Below, in pieces: positions 39,401 to 49,441 of a stretch of DNA of 64,000 bases (position 1 is its first letter; every line of letters begins with the position of its first letter). The notes below the pieces were generated by a model. It searched no databases. It had not been told where the DNA came from and saw nothing but the letters and a program-made list of their open reading frames with translations. The translations under genes were made by a program, and so were the position numbers. Location of the stretch: the NCBI GenBank assembly GCA_001949185.1, contig BDGG01000001.1, positions 5,800,103 to 5,864,102 of the forward strand. The letters are read 5' to 3'. The DNA comes from Ramazzottius varieornatus (Eukaryota > Animalia > Tardigrada).

Positions 39401-39634
39401 CATTCCAACATCCAGCAGATTGGAACAGGTGGATGGTTTCACCCACGTGTAGTGTGTGTAACGCCGAGTTGATCTGGGCGAAAATGGAACTGAAAGGGTC
39501 GCTAGGTAGAGTAAAGTCGAGCATGAAATAATCCCCGCACTACAAAGTGTTTTGCGCACCGCTGACGTTTTCACCGTTGAACAGTCGGTACAGATTCCGA
39601 AGACTTGACTCCAAGCGGTACCGAAAGACGCCAT
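36455..39634 (-). pseudogene. CASD1-like SGNH domain-only type II membrane protein, copy C, with one in-frame TGA
   Basis: Exons 39634-39321, 38273-37819 and 36785-36455. CSNLL..WQPNGCHMQTY, LLGDSRVSQL, PDLVVINSGIW, NISAGSPLLEMLATRTSVLW, PDGFHLG..ILFNYMCNRF....TCC* match the CASD1 luminal domain. TGA at 38161-38159. Confidence 0.85.
38399..39118. repeat. Perfect 19-bp inverted repeats bounding 720 bp of intron; probable non-autonomous element
   Basis: cgcgccaacttgctaccac (38399-38417) and gtggtagcaagttggcgcg (39100-39118); no TSD found. Confidence 0.65.
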
Positions 39635-40800
39635 AATAACCGCTGGAAAGCAAGGCAACAAGACGCAACAGGCCGGCTGTGATCAATGTCTGTATTCGAA
39701 TCGAGGTACCGGTACGTTTGTTTCAGGCAAATGCTGCCGAAAAAGGTATTCTGATCACTGCTGCGGAATTTCAGCCGACTATCAGGTTGGTATCCTCCAA
39801 ACTTGACTGGAAAAACAGGTCTTGCGATACACCAGCCACACATTCGTTGATACCTGGAGCATTCGGTAAGCAGAGTAGATTAAGCAATACGTTAACCGTG
39901 ATCCAGCTCGTTGGCCTAGGTAAGGTATCCTGCCGAGTTTGCCAGAATGTATACTGTGCCCGTATCTGCTGTCAAAAAATACGCGATCAAATTTCCTCCG
40001 TCCGATACTCATGGCACGATTACAGTTAGGCCAGACCTCTGGCGCCTTTAGACCTAAGGCAGCAAAATGCACATCTGATGCACTCAAGTTGACCACAGTG
40101 ATAGACTGATGGAAGCTCCTGGAGTGCATCGGTGATGCGTTTGACTGCCTCGGGCACAGATGCACCAGTCTTCTGTTGTAAGTGTATTCTTTCCATGAAA
40201 TGGGGACGGAGGAAATTTGTCCGAACTTGAAAGTGAGTACGGACACCTCGTTTTGCAGCTGTGAGCGCAGCCCTTTTGGAGGCTACCGTGATGGTGTACA
40301 TTATCTGTTGCTGACATCAATATACTTGTCGTGGAAAGTAAAAATTATTTGTGGTCTGGTTTGCTGGTTCGATCACTTTAGAACTGCTGTACATTCATAT
40401 CAAATCGCGGGTATCTCAAATCCCTTGCTACGAATTTCTCGCGATCGACAAATACCCACCATCTGTTAAAAAAAATCCGGGAGCATGAAATCCTGGGTAA
40501 CTGCAATCTCCTGCTATGTTTATTCCGCGATTAACTAGTCACGGGTATTCGTGCCAAATCAAGTGAGGTCACAGGCATCCCGTTTTACACTCCGTTAACA
40601 ATCGCCAAAAGCTAGTATCTTGCGCTAAATTTGACTCGTATACGTCGATCACTCCTTGTGGTAGCAGGTCGGAGCAAAACTGTTCATTGACGGAGAAAAC
40701 GTCCTGCCAGCACTCGGGCTTAACTTCCGCGTACAATCCCGTGTGGGGCCGCACAAAATGATGACAAGAGATTTTGCCAGCAGGATCTTCCCGGTTGAGA

Positions 40801-40837
40801 GTTGGCGGAGCTAATGTTGGCGGAGCTAATGTTGGCG
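40801..40837. repeat. 15-bp tandem repeat (GTTGGCGGAGCTAAT) x2.5
   Basis: Read directly; explains PTLAPPTLAP in the ORF track. Confidence 0.8.
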
Positions 40838-41231
40838 TCCTGAAAAGGTAACGTTGCCGCAAGAGAAACTGTAAGACTTTTGGCAGTCCGAGAATCCACA
40901 GAAGGTGAACACTGAAATGACCAGCAGGCCAAAAGTACCACCCATCAGCAGATAAAGCAAAGCTTACGCAGCTTGGTCAGACACGTCAAACATTCTTGCA
41001 TAAGACTCTTGTGATTGAAATTTAAGCTCAAGCGGAGCAGATCGACCTTGGTGGTAGCATATACTGGAAAACGTCTTGAACACGGGGTAATGAGCCCCAC
41101 CACCAAGTCAATAATTCGAAGACGACAGCAAACCAGTACGCAACAGTCCATGTCCGACGTAAGAGTACAGCGCTCAGAGCTAGAGGGTGCTTCTACAGTG
41201 TGAGTTGCACAGTACCGATATTCGATTCGGC

Positions 41232-42185
41232 ATGGCTTCTGTTCTTAAAACTCTGGTAACCAGGCTGATTTTTCTGCAGTTAGTTCTCATGGTAGTCGCC
41301 GTTTTCTATCATCGGAGGGGATTTTCACAGAAAAGGCAAGATTATCGAGTTGCCCGAAATACAAATAGCTCAATCCTCGCCAACGGCACTTCCCGGCAGC
41401 GGGCAAGCTCAGTTGTTACTGTAGTGACCGCCTACTATCAAGTTCCTTCGGAGCACTCTAAAGCAGATTATATCCGCTGGATACAGACCTTCTTGAGGAA
41501 CATACCATGTTTTCTGGTTGTGTTCACAGATGCAACAATGATGCCTCTGCTTGCATCGTTTCGAGAAAACTTCATGGACAGAACCGAATTCGTCGTGTTG
41601 CCATTTGAAGATCTTCCTACGTTTAAGCTGCTGTCTGTCTGGAAGGAACATTATTTGTTTGATCCGGAAGCTGAACGTCACACCATTGAGAACTATATAC
41701 TGTGGAACAACAAGATAAATTTTGGAACGGAGGCCATTAAATTGAACCCGTTCAAGTCTTCCTATTTTGTATGGTGCGACATTGGGTCCTTTCGCCAACC
41801 TCAGTTTGTGCGACGATACGTAAACTTTCCCAGTCCTACAAAGGTGGCCAAACATGGGAAGGATCGCATGACTTTTATGTCTTACATGCCCATACGGAAA
41901 GAAGAATATCTGATAGACAATACGACCGGCTTGCCAGCCCACGACTTCCTTCGCGATTACAGGATCCATTGTCCGGTTTTTACTGGACATCAAAAAGCAT
42001 GGGATCAATACGCCAGACTGTTCTATTCAACTCTCCGATTGTTCATCCAGTCTGGACGTTTTGCTGGAAAAGATCAAAATATCGTGACATCCGTTTCTGT
42101 CATGTATCCGAACTCAACAACGCTTATTAGACCTAAAAAGTTCTTTGGACATATCGGGTCTTACTTTCATTATTACTTCAGTTGA
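41232..42185 (+). CDS. HtrL/YibB (WlaTC-like) family putative glycosyltransferase, intronless, with N-terminal signal anchor, 317 aa
   Basis: Single ORF. TM LIFLQLVLMVVAVFY, then TVVTAYY..HSKADYIRWIQTFL..LVVFTD, LWNNKINF..EAIKLNPFKSSYFVWCDIGSFR and FAGKDQNI, motifs recalled as typical of HtrL_YibB proteins. Confidence 0.8.
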   Translation: MASVLKTLVTRLIFLQLVLMVVAVFYHRRGFSQKRQDYRVARNTNSSILANGTSRQRASSVVTVVTAYYQVPSEHSKADYIRWIQTFLRNIPCFLVVFTDATMMPLLASFRENFMDRTEFVVLPFEDLPTFKLLSVWKEHYLFDPEAERHTIENYILWNNKINFGTEAIKLNPFKSSYFVWCDIGSFRQPQFVRRYVNFPSPTKVAKHGKDRMTFMSYMPIRKEEYLIDNTTGLPAHDFLRDYRIHCPVFTGHQKAWDQYARLFYSTLRLFIQSGRFAGKDQNIVTSVSVMYPNSTTLIRPKKFFGHIGSYFHYYFS

Positions 42186-43661
42186 GCCCTTCTGGATCAG
42201 AGTCGTTTCCCCGCCCAGCTTTCCTAAGTTGAAGATTGTTTACTACCCCGCTAGGTTAGCCCGCTTCAGGTCAAGCTACAGTGCAAGTGGCCGAGCAGAG
42301 TGAAGTATTAGAGAATCCTGATGCTTTGGGGCATTATGTTGGTCTGGAGAAGTGGAAAGCACGACATCCCTTAGAAGAACCAGTACGTCATAGGTATAAA
42401 GCACGACAAAATAAGCTTTCAAAAATGGGCGGAGTGGCTCAAATGCAAGCAGCGAAACAAAACCGCAGTCGGTCAAATGCTCAAACTTGATCGGCTGTAG
42501 CCATCTGGTTTTCATTGACAAACATTTTTGAAAGCTTGATTTTTCGTGCACTGTAATTTACGCTGATTGAGCCACAATTATCACAGTAGTACCGGGCACC
42601 GCTTGGGCACGGCAGAAAGGATCGTCCACGATTCTGTTTGATCATGGACAGTGGTGCGCTGGCGTCCCGGCAAACGAAATGCACAGCAGCCCCAATAGAG
42701 CGTTGTCACTGTTGGCTATGGTGTAGGCGCTAATCCTACGCGTCATACTGCGGGGTGCGCATTCGTCTGCCGCGCGTTCGCCTCCTTCGACGAATTTCGT
42801 TTATTTTCTTGCGAGCCTGCTTTCTGAATTTCACCGTGTTCGGCACGGGATTGTTAAATTAATCAAGTCCTGGAAAGTCGAGACTGTGCCCGTCTCCTTC
42901 GTTAGTATAACCTGTCGTTGGATCTTTCGCATTGATCTGTCGCGTCCAGCGATTTCATGATTCTAGTTGGAGCTGCAAGACAACTGGATTCTCGTTTGGA
43001 GGATGATGGAAGGATGGTGATCGCTGACGGGGCCGCTGGGGATTACGGTGAGTGGGCAAAGGTTTCGTTTCGGCTGATTTCTGTTGAATTTGCCAGGCTG
43101 TTCGTGCGGACAAACCATTCGTCTCGAACGATCTTTGTATCATAACTCGTGAACCTCTCTTGGTTCCAGGTGAGTGCGCAGTACTGCGTCTACGCAGCCG
43201 AAGGAGCAACGAAATTGCTTCAACTGGACGGGAAGCATCTTCAGTCTTGACTGGAATCCTGACGTATAACTTAGCAGGCCTTGTTCGTTTGTATTGTTCT
43301 CTGTGTCTAGGTGCGCTGAAGTGTCGTTTGCAACCGTGTCGTCGGATATCAGGTTTGTTTCCGTTTTTGGATGGAAGATTCTGTTTCGGTTGTTTTCTGA
43401 GTAAAAATTAAGTTGACAATCCAGCTGTATGCAAACAACGTAACCCCCTCAGGGATCGTAGGCCGCAGGTGTTCCCCCCGAATATTTTCAGAGTTCCCGA
43501 CTTTTCACATGGTTCCTGGCTTTTGACAGACCAGCGGAGGTCAGCGCTGGCAAAAGTACGACTTTATACTGAACTATGTCGATATCGCGCGATACGGTAT
43601 CGAAAAAATAGCATACCAAAATATCGACATGACATAGCTATCGAAAAGTGTAAACGACAAC

Positions 43662-44323
43662 CTCTGTTTCGCCAACGATAGACCCCAGGACTTTCTGAAA
43701 TGTGAGTCTGGCTTTGAGTGTTCAAACAGGTCGAACGGCTATCGAATGGCCGTGGCAGAAAGTTGGGATCGACTCTTGATCATCCCACTACCGGGCAGCA
43801 CCTGCTGAAAAGATATTTGATCGTCGTAATGTACGATCCTGTACGGAGTCGTACACGTAAGTCGAGCCCGATTAGTGCCGCGCATCTATTCCAGTCAACC
43901 AAGTTGTATTTGAAATCAAAATGGAAACTCCACGTAATTAGACAATCAACGATTGGAGTATACAAAGACAACGACGATTCAACCGCCTTGGCAGTTGCTG
44001 CGGTCATTAATTGTCTGATCAAGTAGTGTTTTTCCTTTTGATTTCAAATACAACGTGATTGACTCGAACAGATACGCGCCTGTACTCGGGCTTGATTTAC
44101 GCGCACGACTTTGTACAAGGCCGTACATTACAAGGATCAAAGATTTTATCAGCTGATGCTCCCCGGTAGCGAAACGATCAAGAGTCGATCCCAACTTTCA
44201 TCAACGGCCAGTCGATAGCCGTCCGACCTGTCTGAACACTCAAAACCAAATCTGGACGGAGACGGTCTGCAGGAGACTCACCGTTCAGGAAGTCTTGGGG
44301 TCTATTGACGGTGAAACAGAGCT
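43662..44323. repeat. Long foldback inverted repeat (about 290-bp arms, about 50-nt loop, roughly 75-80% identical by eye)
   Basis: gagtgttcaaacaggtcgaacggctatcga..gaaagttgggatcgactcttgatc..gttgtatttgaaatcaaaa is mirrored at 44035-44244. ORFs 43718+ and 44194- translate to near-copies of each other. Weaker similarity may extend to about 43470 and 44430. Confidence 0.9.
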
Positions 44324-45268
44324 TATCTTCAAATATTTTATCGAAAATTTCGTATTGTATTTTATCGTATTTTTCAGCGGTGGCGAAAGTCCTGAGGTTT
44401 TTCCGACCGGAAAACAGTTGAAACACTGTTACATAATCAGGTCTGCGTTAGGCCTGGAACCATCTAGTAGCATTCTGCGGCGGTGGTAAATATCAGACCT
44501 GACAGTCTGTCTGGTTTCAGGCCGTTTTTATCGTGTTTTTTGTGCCTGTGTAGTACGTATCATTCGGGGTGGGCTGGCAAACATACAACACGGCCACGTC
44601 ACCACGCTACGTCATTTTTATGAGCTCTTGACCAATGTAATCCTCGTATTGATGGCTCCAGTCGACAATCACCAAATCAACTGTCACCTAACTAGTAAAG
44701 CGCTGACGATACTCAAATGAGTGCATGTGTGACGTATGGACCAGTTACGGAGAGAGCACCAGCGACTTGCGAGAGGGAGCATAGAAGCTTCTGTATCGTA
44801 AACCACGTCAAATCCAGTGGACCGTAAGGTATTCGTAGTCCGATCACACCTGCAAACTGATGGTCCACCGCATGTACCAAACGGGTTCCGACATAGATTA
44901 CGGCTTCATGCAAAATTTTCAGGCGCATATTTAGGCCTACTGTACATCATCGCAAAATGGTCTTGCATGTAGTTTGATGTTATTATAAATCTGCAGCGTT
45001 TGACAGGTTCGAATTTTGACTAGTCAGAATTCCGGTAGTAAAAGAAAATTCACATGTATTTGATCTGCAGGAATCGCTCGACGTTTTCAGCAAGACGTTC
45101 AGATAATGGAACACATTTGGGAGCAGTTGGTCGAGAGAAAGTTCCGTTTCGAATTAAGTTGGGGAGGTCGGTACTTGACATCCGATGTGGTCGAAACTGA
45201 AAAGCGCATTTGAAAATCAGCCTTGAACATCAAGCGTCGTACGCCGCACCCCTATGTCGTTAGTGGTA

Positions 45269-46960
45269 CACGCAGGAAAGGGAAGTTTGGGCCAGACTAA
45301 AAGACTGCAAACTGAAAACTCAATCGTACAGGGTGATCCCGATAAGTTGAACGGATTTTGAGAATCGACAGAAAATTTTCCAGCGGTGATTTTATTCTGG
45401 TATTTGGGGATTGCAAGCCCTTAGCTTTGTCAGGCCGAGCGAAGCGAGGCCCTTTTAAGTCTGTCGAAATTTCAATGGACGATGAGATTCTTCGAGCTTT
45501 CAGATATCGCAAACAGAATACTGAAAAACGACACGCCACTTGATCGGGGCGATTAAAAATTTTACTGGGGAACCGTACTGTGAGTCACAAGTAAAAGTGA
45601 TCGCTCTACAATGGTTTGCCTCCTGTGCTCGGCCTTTCCAGTGGTCAGAACCACTAGCTAGTAAATAGCTAGGACTCGAGCAGACGAAGAATATAGGGGA
45701 TTGCTGAACATCTCCAAAAGAATTTTCCTGTACTCGTCTTTTGCAGCCTTGATCATGCCGGCTTCGGTGGAGTACTTTCAGTGGGAAAGTTTTCTCTTGA
45801 GGTAGCCGTTTGTGAAGAAGTCCATTGGAGACACGTCTGGACTATCCGCCAACCACTGTCTTCGTTATGAACTTTTTTCCTCGGCTTTGGAGCCATTGGA
45901 CGTCCTTTGGCGGTATGGGAAAGGGCAATGTCCATGCGGGGGATGACTTTGTGCGCATCAGCTCCGTACAAGTTTGGCACATCGAAATCGAACATTGGCT
46001 TCACGACCAATCGGTTGAAAACATCGGCATTAACCTTAGCTTTCCTGGGAATAGAGTAGAGGCGAGTCTGTCCACGGTAAGAAAATCCAGCTGCAAACAT
46101 ATGCTGAAGGAGGAATGAGGGGGATCTTACTGAGAGGGGTACAACCCGACCATCATCAACATTTTTTTTCGACAGGTAAACAAAACCTTTTTTGCAGTTC
46201 TTGAAGTCCAGCGGAAGCATAGCTTCATCCAGCGTCAGGATGTATCCCAAGTTTTCGGGAAACATCTCATGGAAGTGCAGGGCACGATCTTTTCTTGGCT
46301 TCTTCGCTCTTTCAGTCAGGTAATGGACATTTGTCTGTTTCCGCACCTTTGCACCTAGATCTTTATGGATGATGATGTTTACCGCATGCTGAGAGATTCC
46401 TAACTTGGCTGTCATCAGTCTTTGGGGAATAGGATTGTCGCCCGAGCAGAGATCAGCAATTTCCGGATTTTAGTGGGGGTGTTAATGAGCGGTATCCGAG
46501 GTTTCCTCTTCTCAAGCTTTGCCGGCGACTTTTTGCAGGCTGCGCTCTCGACGCTCTTCCGTACCTTAGACAATTTAGATTCTCTCAAGCTATAACCTTC
46601 CTTTATCATAGTCTTGTCTGTCATGCTGCGACTGTAATTGAGTCTCCTCGGAGCTAAAATACGGACTCTGAGGTCTTCGGAAATCGAGGAAGGCATTTTC
46701 AACTTCGCGAGAAAACAAAAATAATCAAAAGGAAGCCCACAAAATTGCCGATCAGCTGATTCCAAGATCAGTCAAATCGGTTGATTAGGGATTTTTCTAT
46801 TCGAGTTCAAAATCCGCGCAACTTATCGGGATCACCCTTGTAGAAAACTGCCGACAAGTGCATGGGTATGAATTACATATATACGTACGTACTTCCTTTC
46901 CGCTGTTCTGAAATCGTTTGGCTCAAACTATTTTCTGGCCAAGCTTCCTTTTCGTGCGTG
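45269..46960. mobile_element. Host MITE (CACGC termini, TA TSD) split by the mariner-type insertion
   Basis: TA|cacgcaggaaagggaagtttgggccaga ... tctggccaagcttccttttcgtgcgtg|TA; halves at 45269-45328 and 46841-46960. Confidence 0.85.
45329..46840 (-). mobile_element. 1.5-kb Tc1/mariner-superfamily (DDxD, maT/mariner-like) transposon with frameshifted transposase
   Basis: TA|cagggtgatcccgataagttg ... caacttatcgggatcacccttg|TA. Transposase from ATG 46696 with HTH (AKLGISQHAVNIIIHKDLG), ILTLDEA, MDIALSHTAK and SPDVSPMDF; at least two frameshifts. Confidence 0.93.
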
Positions 46961-49270
46961 TAGCGAAGCCATTGTTTCTGCCGTTCGGTTACTTAGTGAC
47001 ATCTGGACTTTCCTGGGGTGGCTTAAAATACCAAATTATACACGGAGCGCGCAGAAACGTACTGCGACGGACTATATGAGGTGAGCTTTACATCTGCTTA
47101 CCGCGCTTACTGCCTGGTAAATACGATAAAAGTGGAAGTTGCGCTCATCGTGAAACCCTCTCGCCGTCCCATGTAACAATAGCGCTGCAGCGCCATCTGT
47201 GATTCCTTCACCTTCTCGGTAGTTAGGTACCACATCACAGTAGCCACAGTAAGACGTCATGAAGTTCCATTCCACCGGTAGTACCATTAACCTGTCTGCG
47301 TTGTAAATAAGTTAAGTGCATTTGACGAAGACTGGCACTTGGCGGACTGCTGTCCCTGGATGATGATAGAATATGATGTTTATGAGATCTTGATCGCCGA
47401 GTGTCATTTGATGTTTGTAGGCCGAGTAGTACCGCAGAAATTTCTTTTCTGACTTGAAAGACCGTAATCTGGTGAGGTTGAGCAGCGCAACCCCTCCATT
47501 CAAGCCTGCAACTCACAAGTGGCATTTTATCTGGTGTTACAGTAGTACAGTCCTCGGACATTGGTCACGGTACAGCTCAAACCAGAACTCTAAGAAAGAC
47601 AGGAAGGTTGAAAAATATCGAGTGTACGCAACTTGGTGTATCGGGAGTTTGGACTTCAAAACTACTATATTACCTTCAAGGTTCTAGGCAGTACGTCAAC
47701 ATGGCAGTGAATTACACCCGCATTGACATCACTGATTGTTTGCCTGCCGCGCACCACTACACTTGACTGGCGAGTGATCTGCGATTGATGGCACTGATAT
47801 TTTTTATACCCGCCAGGTCGTGCTGTAATGCTCCGTGAAACTCACGCGGTACGTCATCACACGCGTGAAATTGAACCCGGTCCGAAAATTACGCAAGATA
47901 CGGGATAGACCTTAAACGAGGTTCAGTGAGCTGATCGGCCCACCTTTTTTTCGGGCATTTTATCCGTATTTCTGTCAGTTTGTGGAAAACGCCTGTTTTG
48001 ACGCTCCCTCTAATCCGATTTTCACATACAGTGTACATGGCAGTGGAAGATAGAGGAATGATTTCATCTTCGGACTTAAGCAAGTTTAACAGCGCCGGCT
48101 GGATCGTTAATTATCAAAACTCCAAGTTGAACACGATATATAAATATTTTACACGATTTCTCTAGCAGCTCATCGTCGTATAGAGACCGTGTCCGTCGTG
48201 CGTGTGACCTTGACCCTTGAGTCAGAGACTGTGGATGGTGATTGCCCACACTTCACTAATCAAACCACCCACGACTGCGTATTCGGAACATTTATCTGGT
48301 ACCTGACGGGGGAACATAAGGAATGTTTGCTTGATGCTGGTACCATCCCAGGTTCACTGAGTTTGGTTCACGGCCGAAAGCAGCATGCTGAGAGGAGGTC
48401 ATGTTGTAGAATTTTGTCCAGAGCAGCTCAATGGGCGACATCAAGACCGTATCGCTGTCTAGGTAGATGACTGCGTCCGTGAGAGGAAGAATGGTCTGTT
48501 CATCACAAAATATGGAGTAGGCTGACTTGACATCCTCGCACCAAAATGAAACTAGTCAAAATCTGCATGCACTTACAGTCAAAAACAGCCGGTAGGTCGA
48601 ACAAAGTCGGTACTCTGTCCGCCAGCTCTGTGCGGCTTTCTTATCCAGGTAATCCGGGTATTTCGCCGGCCTAACTTCAGGATTAACGACTACAACGAAA
48701 TAAATCTGCACTGAGGAGCCACTCCAGTTTTCGCTTCGTAGACGAGACCATGCTCATGTCGGTGAAAACAATTAAACGCAGCTGCGAGCAGGATGTAAAC
48801 AGCAACATCGCTTTGACAAAAGTGTACAGCTGTTCCTGCTGCGTACGATCGTTCCCACAGCTAACGGTAACAGCCGTGAGCTCCGGATCACATCTCACTG
48901 GCGTTTTAGCAAGCGGCAATCCAGCACCGGTTACTACGGATGTCATTTTAGCCTGACGTTTGTCCTGACGACTGGAAAAACCCCATAACACCAGAAACAA
49001 TACCGCGCACGCAATGCACTTCGGTCTTCGTAAACAAACCGACATGATTTTCGGCAACGTAGCAGATAGCTGCCCACCGTATTGCAGATTGATAGAACTT
49101 TAACTAATTCTTGACGAAAATTTTGAAGGTTGACGACCCAAGGCTTATAGCGCTAGCTGCTGGTACGAAGCTTTTTACTGTAACGCCGGTAAATGTACGG
49201 TTACGTTTGTATCTGTTTGTGGGAACGATGTGACAACGCTTGTTGTTCGGTATCACAGCACTGTACAACT

Positions 49271-49441
49271 CAGTCCTGCGGAGCTATGTAGCTCGTTTAG
49301 CTCATTTCGCCTTTCTTCTACGAGGTTTTCGCAAAAAGCTTATCCAGGTTCATGCGCCGCACAACCCTGTTTTGCGTTTTCGTGGAAAAAAGGCAGATTT
49401 AGCTCGCGAGCTAAAACGAGCTAAATAGCTCCGCAGCTCTG
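49271..49441. mobile_element. 171-bp hAT-type MITE with 8-bp TSD, about 225 bp upstream of the GT8 start codon
   Basis: GTACAACT|cagtcctgcggagctatgtagctcgtttagctc ... gagctaaaacgagctaaatagctccgcagctctg|GTACAACT. Confidence 0.9.

Larger units (their letters stand above)
45050..49045 (-). pseudogene. GT8 glucoside xylosyltransferase (GXYLT1/Shams-like) paralog with a frameshift and a GG splice donor
   Basis: Signal anchor, VTVSCG..FVKAMLLF, WRTEYRLCSTYRLFL, AVIYLDSDT (DxD), GLNGGVALLNLTRLR, LGDQDLINIIF, LPVEWNF, LLHGTARGFH; probable last exon 45196-45050. Frame slips at about 48685; intron 47355-47296 begins GG. Confidence 0.82.

Noticed and set aside
39782-40320. Overlapping minus-strand ORFs upstream of SGNH copy C
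   Set aside because: No recognisable motifs or consistent splice model.
41409-42008. 199-aa minus-strand ORF
   Set aside because: Antisense shadow of the HtrL/YibB-like gene; no motifs.
42957-43175. Two strong GTGAGT donors with short exon-like segments
   Set aside because: Joined frames hit stops; might be non-coding or UTR exons but there is no evidence.
43718-44194. Two apparently paralogous ORFs on opposite strands
   Set aside because: Artefact of the inverted repeat.
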